From positions 1,116,001 through 1,180,000 of the forward strand of contig MU063886.1 of NCBI GenBank assembly GCA_013265495.1: a DNA stretch of 64,000 bases, written 5' to 3'. Made by a program: the position numbers and the translations under genes. The stretch comes from Vicugna vicugna (taxonomy: Eukaryota). The notes under the pieces were generated by a model, which ran no database searches, was not told where the DNA came from, and saw only the letters and a list, made by a program, of their open reading frames with translations. Positions 1 through 11,341 of the stretch are shown here, piece after piece. Each line of letters starts with the position of its first letter. The first letter of the stretch is position 1.

Positions 1-1122
1 AGAACCCAAGTGCAGTCACCAGGGCAGGAAACACATCTGTTCGCAGCACCAGGCGGCCCCCGCGGGCACACAGCCCCCCACCTCCAGGGGAACCTCTGCG
101 CACCAGCGTCCTAGGTCACGGCCATCTGCCCCAGGAAACCCCGCACCCTGTCCTAGTTAAAGCCAGGGGTGTGCAGGGGTAGGAGGCGTGATTCATTAGC
201 TGCTTATGAGGCTAGGAGTCGGAAGACCTGCCTTCTCTTTTCTGCTCCATTACATTCAAGAGCAATTAAGAAAAGTGATTCTGTCGCCATACGCTTGGCA
301 GTAAATGCAGCTTCAGTGGCGAGGCTGTAGCCTTGAAGCAAAAGGGTCAGAGGTGTCTATCACATTTTCAGGAAGAGGCTAATGAAGGTCATGGTCACAA
401 GCTTTCTGCCTGCCTATGCCTTGATTTTACTGCCTAAAAATGAAAAAGAACAGATGGACACACTGACCTCCTTTCAGTAGATCAATGGAAGTTCAACCCA
501 GCTGGCCCTTGGAGACCTTTCTGCACAATGGGTCCGACTTTCTACCTGAGATTCTTAAAGGAAAGTGGCTATTCAACCTGACACACGGCTCAGGGGCCAG
601 GAGTTTGCCAACAGGGATAAGAGAGACCCCTCAGATTTGTGAAGTGTTCTGAGATTTCCTCTCCCATCTAGACCCGGCAGGAGTCTCATTTCCTTCTCGA
701 GCCTTTGGGCGATGCACTGCAACATTCTGGACAGCAGTAATAGGGAAGGTGGGATGATATTAAAGAATTTGGCCAATCACAGGGTCTTATTTTTTTTTCT
801 TTTTGCCTGTGCTCCAAGCAAAAAATCTTTGAAAGGAATGAAAAAATAAATATTTAAGTGAAATCAGTGATTCCAATTATTGCCACTAAAAAATGTCCTC
901 TTCAATCCTAATTATATGTTCTTTCATGAAAAATAGAAGAGGCATTAAATTTTAAAGTTTTCTAACAACTTAGGGTTTTAAGGACAGCAATGCAATTTCC
1001 CAACCCCCGGACCAAAATCTAATAATTCAATATAATTGGCTAGGGGCATAAACAAACGCACAAGACTGTCGATTAAATGTCAAATGCACTGCAGAAAAAT
1101 CTCAGTTACCTTTCAATGTCAT

Positions 1123-1247
1123 TTAATCATGGAATTCAACAAGGTCTTTGGAGGCAACCATTGCAGCTTCCTTAAGACCTGAACAGAGCCCCCAAGTGGT
1201 CACCAAGTCCTTCTCTCCAGTGGCCACATCCTGATTTTCTTGACCTT
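1123..1247 (-). CDS. Candidate last coding exon of a hypothetical spliced 128-aa ORF (exon runs on to a donor at 1110)
   Basis: Minus-strand acceptor TCTTCTCTGTTCCCTTAG| at 1248. Entered in phase 1 it reads (E)GQENQDVATGEKDLVTTWGLCSGLKEAAMVASKDLVEFHD*, the longest of its three frames. Donor AAG|GTAACT lies 13 nt after the stop. No homology recognised. Confidence 0.27.
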
Positions 1248-1650
1248 CTAAGGGAACAGAGAAGACCCTTCTGGCCCCTCTTATGCTATTAACTATTTGG
1301 AAGTAAAGAGAAATCCTAGATGGGCCCTCCATGAGAAAACAAGAACTTCAGACTTCATTCCCACAATTTCAAACTCTATCCATTTAGCACACTGACAGAT
1401 TTTTGTTGAGATTGTAAGGAGTGGAGAGGGGAGAGCCCAGCGCTTCCACTGGAAGTTGCTGGATGCCACTGACAGCTGCACACTTCCATCAGTCCTGGCT
1501 TTGACTTCCTGATGTCCATCCAGACGACCCCCACCCCGTTCCCTAGCACATCATGCTCTTCAGCCCACAGGCTGCTGCAGCTGTCTGCTCAGCTCCTGTT
1601 CCTTCTGACTAACCACAGAGCCCGTTCACATTCAAGAACTGGGGCTTCAA

Positions 1651-2470
1651 CATGCAGATGGCCAACAGGCGCATGAAAAGATGCTCAATATCGCTAAGTA
1701 TCAGAGAAATGGAAGTCAAAACTACAATGAAGTATCACCTCACCAGTCAGAATGGCCATCATTAAAGAGTCCANNNNNNNNNNNNNNNNNNNNNNNNNNN
1801 NNNNNNNNNNNNNNNNNNNNNNNNNNNNNNNNNNNNNNNNNNNNNNNNNNNNNNNNNNNNNNNNNNNNNNNNNNNNNNNNNNNNNNNNNNNNNNNNNNNN
1901 NNNNNNNNNNNNNNNNNNNNNNNNNNNNNNNNNNNNNNNNGAAAGATGAAAACTCCAATTCAAAAAGACACACGCACCCCATGTTCATAGCAGCACTATT
2001 TACAGTAGCCAAGATATGGAAGCAACCTAAATGTCCATCAACAGATGACTGGGTAAAGAAGATGGGATATATATGGTGGAATATTACTCAGCCACAAAAG
2101 GACAAAATAATGCCATTTGCAGCAATGTGGATGGACCTAGAAATGATCATATTAAGTGAAGTTATATCACTTTACATGTGGAATCTAAAAAACTGATACA
2201 AATGAACTTATTTACAAAACAGAAACAGACTCACAAAGAAAACAAACTTATGGTTACCAAAGGGGAAAGGGAAGTGGTGGGAATAGATTAGAAGTTTGGG
2301 ATTAGCAGGAACAAACTACTCCATATAAAGTAGATAAACAAGGTTCTACTGTATAGCACAGGGGACTATATTCAATATCTTGTAATAACCTATAAAGAAT
2401 ATATATACACATAACTGAATCACTATGCTGTATGCCAGAAACTAACACAACATTGTAAATCAAATATATG
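1651..2470 (+). mobile_element. 5'-truncated LINE-1 (cetartiodactyl-type): ORF2 C-terminus plus 3' UTR
   Basis: Translation HPMFIAALFTVAKIWKQPKCPSTDDW is typical of the L1 ORF2 C-terminus. The 3' UTR (gatacaaatgaacttatttacaaaacagaaacagactcac...tatagcacagggactatattcaatatcttgtaataacc) is shared with the copies at 36.3, 46.3 and 57 kb. Confidence 0.93.
1774..1940. other. N-run (167 nt) inside L1
   Basis: Directly visible. Length equals the homologous segment of the L1 copy at 57546-57712. Confidence 0.97.
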
Positions 2471-3235
2471 TAAGACCTCCTCCCCAGTATAATTTGCAGT
2501 ATTACTGCAAGCCACATGGGATACAAGGACAGAGGAATCGGATCAGAACAACACAGCCCAGCTACAGCAGTCAGAAGAGTGAAAGCAGGAAGGGATTTAC
2601 GCACGCCGAACGCACTCTGATGGGGGGTGAAGTGGGTCGGGGGCAGGAAGCAGAGAGCCAAAGAGTTGGCACCACGTGAAAAGAGCATTCAGATGACGGG
2701 GCAAGGCTGGGAGACGTGAGCTGATCTGATCGGAGCGGCTCTACTGCTTAACTCCTGGTTCATTCCAGAAGGATGTCTTCTCCAGCCGAAGGATGTCACA
2801 ATCCCAGAAGCTCCTGGCGGATGGAACGACTAAGGTCTCCCTGCAGAGAGTCATCTCTGGGCAGCAACGAGCACATCCTGCCCAACTGAGTAAATTAGGA
2901 AGTCGCAGTCCCCCACCCCCAGTCTATCTACACAGGGGTAAACTCTTCACGTCCTGTCTGCGGGGCGGGGGTAGGAGGGAGGAAAGGACCCAAGGTTCCT
3001 TGCGTTTGCTCCCTTCCCACTTTACATTCCACACGCGCATGCCTGCCTCCCACCCTCTTACACATTAACCACACACATCTCTTGATTGGGTCTTTAAAAA
3101 ATATTTAGGAGATTGTATGAGAAATAGGACTAGTTACTGTTTTTTTCAAAATACTAACTTCAGACTAAGGGGAACTTCAGGAAGAAGATACTCCCACGCT
3201 TTCTCCCTGTAACTGCAGAACCGCTTCCCTCAGAC

Positions 3236-3515
3236 TTTTCCCAGCTTTACTGACGTGTAATTGACACGTAACTTTGCATTCATTCAAGGCGTCCGACAGA
3301 ATGATCTGAGAAAGTGTATGTAGCGCGAAACAACCACCAGTCTAGTTAACATCCACCACCTCGAATAGCTACACATTTTTTTCTCGTAATGAGAACTTTT
3401 AAGACCTATTCTTTTAGCAACTTTCAAACAGACAATACAGTATTGTTAACCAGAAAAACTCTTCTTGTCCTGCTGTACGTTACCTCCCCAGAACTTGTTT
3501 ATCTTAAAACTGTGA
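3236..3515 (-). mobile_element. Old L1M (L1MA/L1MB-like) 3' end fragment
   Basis: Resembles the antisense L1MA/MB 3' UTR (agctttactgacgtgtaattgac...ttaacatccaccacctcgaatag...atacagtattgttaacc...ccccagaacttgtttatctt). Boundaries approximate. Confidence 0.7.
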
Positions 3516-4192
3516 GAACGGCAGGCATTTTCAAAGGAAGCTGGACTGAGATGGTAGGTCTACGGGAGGGACCGAGTGAGGAAGAAGGAAAAATTAGGTC
3601 AAGTGAGCTCCTCTCAGGAGTTGCATATGTGCATTGGTTAAAAAGAAGGAGAGAAGGAGAAGGGAGGGCAAATTTATTATCTTAGAATAAATCAGCTCCA
3701 GAATAGAAAATTCTGTGAACTGTGAGTAAGAACACAGGCCCGAATGGCCAGTCCCTTTGGGCTAGGACATAGCAGTGGGGTCTGGGGCCCAGATCTCAGG
3801 GCATCTCCATGTTTCCCACACTCGTAATGTGACACCAGCACGAGGTGACAAGTGACGCATTCTTTAAAATTTTGTTTCAAAACCTGTTATAAACGTTGGT
3901 AGTGACCTAAAAAAGTGGGGAAAAAAAAAAAGATCTGGCTGCTGTAATAGGAAACATGCTCTCTAAGGAAAGAGTGAAGACTCAAGGACCCTTCATGCTC
4001 TGGTTAAATCATGCCTGGCAAGCACGCTCGCACCCCATCATCACCCCCCAGGGGACTCGGCCTTGCTGGGGAGGGAGGGAGGGCGTGCAGGGAGGTCTAG
4101 AGCAATTCAGACCCTATGGGCGTATGAAGGCTCAGAAAGCCCCCCGTGGGTGACTCTGACAGAACACAATTAAAAACCCTTCTTGTCCACAG

Positions 4193-4317
4193 GCTAAAAG
4201 GGGCGTCACTGAGACAATCTATCAGCAGCTGGGAACATGCTGCTACGGGGGCTCCGGAGTGTCAGCTCCGTTCTGGATGTTAGAGGGCGAGCAAACTTCC
4301 CCCCGACGGCCGAGAAG
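4193..4317 (+). other. Candidate plus-strand exon (125 nt), antisense to the minus-strand model
   Basis: Acceptor CCCTTCTTGTCCACAG| and consensus donor AAG|GTGAGT. One frame is open but the peptide is unrecognised. Confidence 0.2.
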
Positions 4318-4929
4318 GTGAGTCTTCAGTAAAGAGGAGCAGACAGGTGTTCCCGACTGACAGGTACTCCTTATTACGTGTTAGGTACTATTCCAAGGTC
4401 ACGCGTGAATCCACTTGGTGTCCCCAGCAACCCACATCAGTTTAAGGAAGAGGAGCCTGAGGCCTGGGTAGCTACGTGCTCCAGGTTGGAGTGTTCCAGC
4501 CTCCAAGGGGGGCCCTGATAGCGGCTGATTACAAACTAGGCCGTCTGGCTCCAGAGCCGTCCCCTCTGCCCCCTGCACCATCACCACCGGCTCATGACAG
4601 GTCCATCGGCACACCTGAGAGTTTCACAGCCACGTGAGGCACATCTGGACAGCATTTCTGAGCCGCCCCTGCGGGCAGGGAGCTGGGCTGCTCCATGTTA
4701 CCGTCTGCAGCCGCCGTGTGGCGCCCCGCCCCATGTCTCTCACCTCGCTCTCGGGAGGGCAGGTTTGCAGCAGAAGTGACAGTGTTTCCTCTAGAGACCA
4801 CACTCTTGAAAAGGGAAACAGGAGCGACTGAACCAGTGCATCAGATTCTCTGTGGTTACTCCTACCTCGCCCATGCCCACGCCGCTGCCAGGATCGTGCT
4901 GGAAGGAAGTCCAGGAAGTGGTAACTTAC

Positions 4930-5060
4930 CTCCAGAGCTGGTCCTGAGCGTCTTGCATCCTTTTGGGCGATGCCGGACATCATATCCGCTGTCCTCTTGT
5001 AACACGTGTGGCGTCCTGATCAGGGAAAGTTTCATTGTCAGACTGTTTCTGGACAGATCA
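4930..5060 (-). CDS. Candidate internal coding exon (131 nt, phase 2 to phase 1)
   Basis: Acceptor CATCCTTTTCAG| and consensus donor GAG|GTAAGT. Only one frame is open (DLSRNSLTMKLSLIRTPHVLQEDSGYDVRHRPKGCKTLRTSSG), and it matches the phases of the neighbouring candidate exons. Confidence 0.3.
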
Positions 5061-5329
5061 CTGAAAAGGATGCTGTTTCCTTCATGTTCCTGGCTTCTCC
5101 CTATCAGCACAGCCATCGCCCAGAACGCTCAGAGAATCTCCCTCCTGGTCACAACAATGTCATTCGCTCACTGCTCGCCTCCCCCTGTTTCAACTGGGTT
5201 TTTTCTCCTGATGTTATTTGCTGTGCTCCCTTCCTTCCTTCCCTGCGCCCCACCTGACAGCCCACACCTGCCTCCCCATTACCCAGGCTCATGCCTTCTG
5301 GAATGTTCTCCCCTTCTCCTCCTAATTTC

Positions 5330-5560
5330 TCTGCAGGTCTTCATACTGTGAACCCCTCAAGGCCCAGCTGCAATGTCTTTTATAAACCGTCCTCCAATCG
5401 CTCCACTCAAGCTCCCTCCCTCTGCCCAGAGCCCTTTAGCGGAGCCCCTGTGTGACACCTGGCAATTTCTATACTAGTTATTTATACCCAAAACTTATAT
5501 CCCTAGACTGCAGTTTCCTTAGGTGAAGGGCTGGTTCCACTCTGCGAGGGTCCTGGGGAG
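5330..5560 (+). mobile_element. Degraded L2 3' end
   Basis: L2-like motifs (cccagctgcaatgtcttttataaacc...ccctagactgcagtttccttaggtgaaggg). Boundaries approximate. Confidence 0.45.
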
Positions 5561-7282
5561 AGTCCACTGTGACGGCAGGGTGGGGCCCGCTGCTTTGGTA
5601 CCAGACAAGCCCACACTTCACGGAGCCCCGGAGAAGCAGCTTCTCACCTCCAACAGAGAAAGACTGAGAGGAATGACAGCTCTTCCGTGTTTACCTTACA
5701 CTTGTGTTTTCCCCAAGAGGACCCCACTGGGCCATTTTTGCATCGTGCTGTACAGGTGCCTTTTTGGGGGTGTTTGTCCCAGATCACCCCAGAGGCCACC
5801 CATTTCCCGGGCGCCTGCCCCACACACAGCTGCTATGAATCAAGCACTAACCCTTAAACAAATCAGTGGTGATCAGAGAAGTCCATGTGGCTTCACGAAA
5901 GCTTCCTTTATCCATAGCAACTTATAGAGAAAAGCACTATGAGGGTCAGTTTCCTCGAAGGGGTGGGATCCCCCTCCTGCTGCCCAGCACAGTAGAATCC
6001 AGTGGTTTCCATCCGGGCTGAATGACTGGTCTTGGTCCCCAGTTTTGCACCTCTCCGTAGGACAGTCAAACCTAACAGGATTTTCAGGACCCAGACACGA
6101 GAGCTCGGACCGCCCCAGTGGCCTGTTTCAACATCTTGAATGGCCAGTGAATGATGCTTCTTCGCTGCGGGGTCTTAGGCTGGGGTTTGGAGCACAGTGT
6201 ATCCGTCAGCTCGGGCCACAGCCAGTCATTCCTGCCCTGCGTCACATGCGTCAGGAGCTCTTCGCTCACCTGAAGAGCGCAGGCCAGTCAGAAGCTCCTG
6301 CGCCTGGGGCCATCACCCAGCTCTGGGTACCCAGCTCCCAGGCCCACGAGCCAGCAGGGGGTGGACGCTGACTCCTCCTGGCTCACCAGAGCCAGCTGCT
6401 TGCACCTCCTCCCAAGTTCACGGACTCCACGTCCAGTGATGTCTGGCTGGTCCCCTGAACTCAACCACGGTAAGAGTATTTACACTCTGAAAACTGGCAA
6501 ACACCGCAAGTATGGCCTTTCTTTCTTTTCATTTTTCTACGAGAGCTGATTTACCAAATGCCACTGACGCAAGCCCATCGCTACTCCTAATGACAGATAC
6601 GAGACAGTCTACCTGCCCGTGGGGATGCCACCCCACCTCTTCTAATACAGAAAACCTACGCTGTCTCTTTGAGGCCACGCCCACACAAGGACGCGGAGAC
6701 ACAAAGCTGACTGCCCTGAGGGAAGGAACACTAGATGGAGTTCCAGAATTCACAGAGACTGGCATCTTAGTTCCACCCAAGTCTGGACTTACAAGTATCG
6801 AAGGTTTCTGCCCCGAAGAGTCAGATGAACCTAAGCAGGATGGGGGAAGAAGAGTCAAGCGGACTGATTAACTTCTTTAAAAGGGCAAATGGAGCCCATA
6901 AATGTTTAGTACAGAAAGAGCTGCCTCCCCTCCAGGCCTCGAGTACATTTCCATGTCTTGCTGGCCCTAATGAGGAGTGACAGCTGATGAAAGCTGCTAT
7001 TCATGGTCATCTGAAACAGCTTTTCCTCTCAAATGAAATTCGGTGTGGCATGAGTCTAAACACGCAGACCAAAGGCCGCGCGAATGTATTCCCCAGGTCC
7101 CCATGGGCTGGCAGAGGCCACTCTGTGTGTGAGGGGGGCGTCCCGACTGGGCACCAGAGGCCCAGTGTAAACAATGGGAGTCTTTCTACCCGCTATGCTC
7201 AGACCCGAGACGGTGCTCCTGGCCCCAGACTCTGCCCATCCTGGGTTCTCCTCCTTGTTTATAATCAACAGCAGGCACTCAC

Positions 7283-7372
7283 GGTGACTTGAGTTTGATG
7301 ACTAGGACTTTCCACCCCCATACTGAACAAAGCCTGGATTTACCCTCACTGCCTTCTAGGTGAACAACTTCC
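7283..7372 (-). CDS. Candidate symmetric internal coding exon (90 nt, phase 2-2)
   Basis: Acceptor CGTCCCTCCCTGCAG| and donor ACC|GTGAGT. Only the phase-2 frame is open (EVVHLEGSEGKSRLCSVWGWKVLVIKLKS). Confidence 0.3.
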
Positions 7373-9203
7373 CTGCAGGGAGGGACGCTGTGGTGGGCAG
7401 TGTGATGCACGAACTGCTTCAGTTCCGAGATGACTATTCTGACTTCTCTGGACGTACCACGAGCAAACGCACAGCCAGCAAAGGGGGGTTTTTGGCACAC
7501 AGCTCGGGAATGCTAGGTTATCCCGGAAGACTGCAGGGCTGATCTTTACGAGCCTAAGGCGAGCAAACACTCCTAGGAACAAGGAGCCATAGCTTCCACT
7601 CTGCATCTTGCCATCCAACACTGACATGAAGTTACAAACATATGGTTTCCATCAAAACAGAGCTGGCAGGATTCCCTCAGCCTCAGGAACCAGGGTAGCT
7701 GGTAGCTTGGTAGCTAGAAGCTGGGCACTTGATATAACAGCATCTGGGCCAGGCGATAAGAACCTTCCAAAAGAACCAACACACAGACTACACTAGAGTT
7801 AGCACGGGGCGAAGTGGCAGGCCCCAGAGTCGAGGACTGAGAAATCTAGTTCCGTCCCAGAGCGTCTGCCTCTGTTCTGAGTCACCCATCAAGACAGTCT
7901 TCCTTCTTTCTTGTTCTAAGTTAAGCTACTAGAAAGTTGGCTGTGGATGCTCAGCCAAGAGAGGTGGCACATGCTGTATTCCAGGCAGCACCATCAGGCC
8001 CCCCAGGGAGGGACGCCAGAGCGAAACATCCACGTTTCTCCCTTTCCGTTCCTGACTCCTGCCGCACCTCTGAGATCCCCGGGGAACAAATACTCATCTC
8101 AAGCTACAAACTCGCCTTCCAAGAAACGTCACTTTATTTTCTAGAGCTATTCTTATTTGCTCTTTTAAGACCCTGTGCCACCGAGTGGTACAGTTTCTTC
8201 TAAACACTGACGTCTCCAGAAACCTAAAATGATGTCTAGAACCCAAGAAGCGAGTTTCTGAATGTGGGAATTTTAGGATTCTCCCAATTCCTGCAGTGCT
8301 GTATTTCAGTCTGTTGCCAACTGCCAAGGCAGGTTGTATGTGTCCTGGAGAACGGAGAGTCTGGTCCTAGGCTACCGTCGGTCAGCGCCGGCATTCACTG
8401 GGCTGTCCTCTTCCCGTCACTTCTCCAGTTACTGGGCCATTTAGCTCACTGTCTCATCCTTCTTGCACCAGCCAAAAGCTTTCTTCCTACAAACCTGTTT
8501 GACTCCCAGCCAGTGTTTTCAGGGTTTCCTGCCACAGCAGGCAGGGGGTTGCAAGGCAAGCACTCAGCCACTCTCCAGCGCGGTTCTCAAGTCTAAGGAC
8601 CTGCGTCCTTGGGACACTCATCGCCGCCCCTCCCACCATGCAGCTCCGGGCTCTGCTGGGCGCCAGACACTGGGGTTTTGTCTCCCCCAGCTCCACAGGG
8701 ACGAGACCCAGACGTCACTGCCTTGCTTCTCCAGTCCAGCAGATTTGTCATCCCGCTGACCTGCCTTAGGACCAGGCGGGTGGGGAGTGGGGCCAGCACG
8801 AGCCCCAGACAGCCTCTAACGTCCCTTCTTCCCCGTCACGATCCCCTCCTCCCAGCCTCTGAAACCGCCCCATGCACGCCAGGACACCGCGCTCCTCATC
8901 TACCTCTCACTTCAGAGATTGTTGTGAAAACACTTGGGGTACCAGGCCTGCCCCTCAAACTCTTAATTTTGAGGTCTTTGGACTTAAAAATCTTTTTGCT
9001 GTAGACCGTTGTTCCTATTAGGAGTTTCCAAAATCAATTCTGATCTGCAGCTGACCCAGTTCTTCTACTTCGTTGCATAGCTGTTCAAACATCCCTGCCC
9101 TGAGACATGAATGTGGAACATTCTGTTCTGTCTGTCTGGGTTAGAAGTCATCCCAGAGTACAGAGGGGAAGCCTTTGTCTAACACTTCAAAACACTGTCC
9201 CAC

Positions 9204-9380
9204 CTTATCTGCTGCGGGCACTGGACGGATGCACCTAGCTTCCCACAGTCTGCCGTCTGTCCTGAAGCTGCAACTCCTGTGACCCCAAGGGCCCCTCTGG
9301 AGTATTTAGGGGAAGTGGGTGTATATAAACTGTATTGTGAGACTGCAGAAGACTGAAAAATTAGGATTCTGTCAAAAAGT
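9204..9380 (-). CDS. Possible in-frame cassette (177 nt) or alternative terminal exon
   Basis: Strong acceptor GTTTTCTTTTTTGTCCAG| at 9381. The phase-2 frame is open (LFDRILIFQSSAVSQYSLYTPTSPKYSRG...). The donor AAG|GTGGGA at 9203 is only moderate; without it the frame stops at 9179. Confidence 0.17.
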
Positions 9381-9916
9381 CTGGACAAAAAAGAAAACAG
9401 GCTCCTCACTCCTCTTGCAGGCTCTCAGATGAGGGTCTCGCCACAGCACCTTTAACTGAGGAGCGCTTGCAGTGTCCCCAGGCTGTCCGCCATCTTCCTA
9501 TGCTGCAGTGCGTAAATCCAATGGGGACGAGGCTCAGGTGCAAGAGACAGCTTGCATTTTTCCAGGGTGCGGGGACTTCAGGGTCTCTTCCCAGTGACGG
9601 AGAAAGAAAATGCAACGGCTGACGCCAGGCTCTGTCTCTCTCGGAGACTTGGAGCGGTCCGGCATACACACCGAAGCCTTCACCCTGCGCTTCAGACCCC
9701 TCCCACGCCCCTTACGCATGCTGCTGTCTTCCGTCGTCAGGACATCCATTATTTGCCCTGACAACCAACCACAGGACTTAGAGTCTCACCCAGGAGATGC
9801 CCAAGTGTGTCAGCAAGACTACTGCCCTTTATCCCAGAGCGGCTGAAGATCAGCGGGGAGGCGGGGGGGGGGGCATGGTGCATGTGAGTGTGTGTGGTGA
9901 GGCAGGGAGAACATAC

Positions 9917-10037
9917 CTCGACAGCAGCAAGATCCCTCTTTCCAGTCCTCCCAGCATGTCCTCAGCACTGCTTGACACTTTTCACTTCCATCAGCAGAAA
10001 GGCTAAATGCAACTGATTTATTTGATCTTACAGGTAT
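9917..10037 (-). CDS. Candidate exon (121 nt) containing the putative start codon (ATG at 9957-9955)
   Basis: Very strong acceptor TTTTTTCTTCTTTTTTGCAG| at 10038 and donor GAG|GTATGT. GACATGC has a purine at -3 and encodes MLGGLERGILLLS ending in phase 2. Confidence 0.33.
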
Positions 10038-11301
10038 CTGCAAAAAAGAAGAAAAAAGTATTAAGTAAAATTTCAACCATTCATATTGTTGCATAAATTC
10101 ATTTCTCAGAAAATTCCTCTAATGTACAGTAGACTTTACACACTAGGCAGCATGGGTGAGAAAAATGGAAGCCAAGAGACATGGAATTACTTATCCAACA
10201 CCTTCAGCTAGTTAAAGGCTGCATCCTGACTTCCATGGAAATTCCTTTCCCACTTTATGAGTTTAACCAGCTTTCTGGTAGCTGGAACAATGGGCACGAG
10301 CAGAACGAGGATTTAAATGTGGCTTTTCCATGAGAACCAAGGGTAGATCTCAGTGGAGAGAATTCTAATTTGGGCCTAACAGTTAAGGTCGTAGAAAATG
10401 CCAGAAGGAAGCTTGAACTCATTGGACACCACAGCGTGCCAGCGGGGCATATAAGGAGTGTGAGTGGGGAATGAGTGGAGACGAATTCTGCGGGGTTTTT
10501 ATTCAACAATGATTATACACTCGTGTCGGTACTGACCCAGCACTGGTAATGTGACATAAACACGAGTACAGCATAATCACACTGAGTTCAGACGGAGCAC
10601 CTTTGAGTGTTTCACCTACTTTTTGCAAAGTTCTACTTGATTTTTACTTTTTTTTTGGCTTTACTAGAAGGATTCATCTATCCTACGGGGGGTTACCGGT
10701 AGCAAGGAGTGCCAAGACTGCCCCCAGACAGCGGAGACTCAGAAAGCAAACCAGTTTGTGTGTGTGTGTGCTAATGATTGAGGCTTGATAGATGGGACAT
10801 TTATCTCTTTCAGATCTGCCACCAAAAAAGAAAGAAAAGAAAAGCAGGCCATTGTGTAGGCAGACATAGACAGCGTGGGCAAGGGTGGGGGGTCCTGGAA
10901 GAGCGGGAGAGGAAGGCAGAAACCTAGAAACCAAGAGTGTCGGTTCAGGTCTCCGAGAGCAGACACTAAAATGGAATTTAAAGGAGGAGAGATTTGCTGG
11001 AGCAAATACCGTTTATCTTTCAATAAAGGAGACACGGAGCGAAAGTGAGCATCACCTTCAGGTCACCACGCGAGCCCGACCCAGGAGGGGAGACAGAAAG
11101 GAAGGGAGAGGGGCTGTCGTGAGAGGGGCATCGCGTGGGGAGAAACGGCCTTCCTCCAGCCGCCATCCCCTCCGCTGCCCTCAGTCGTCGGCCACAAGTA
11201 GTGGGGAACAGCTTGGCCCCCGCCTGCATGCAGCTGTGGATGCTGGGTGGGCAGCTGAAGGCTGTGAGACCACCATTCTCCACACAGCAGGCTCCCTGCA
11301 A

Positions 11302-11341
11302 GGGAGACCTGAGCCCTGCACGGGAGACCTGAGCCCTGCAC
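11302..11341. repeat. Perfect tandem duplication, 2 x 20 bp
   Basis: GGGAGACCTGAGCCCTGCAC occurs twice head-to-tail. Confidence 0.9.

Noticed and set aside
2680-3085. Possible additional old LTR
   Set aside because: The composition is LTR-like but I could not define termini, a TSD or a family.
4695-5351. 218-aa plus-strand ORF, and other long GC-rich ORFs (10885-11532, 13527-14196, 31605-32132)
   Set aside because: No recognisable domain, overlapping ORFs on both strands, and composition typical of chance open frames in GC-rich DNA.
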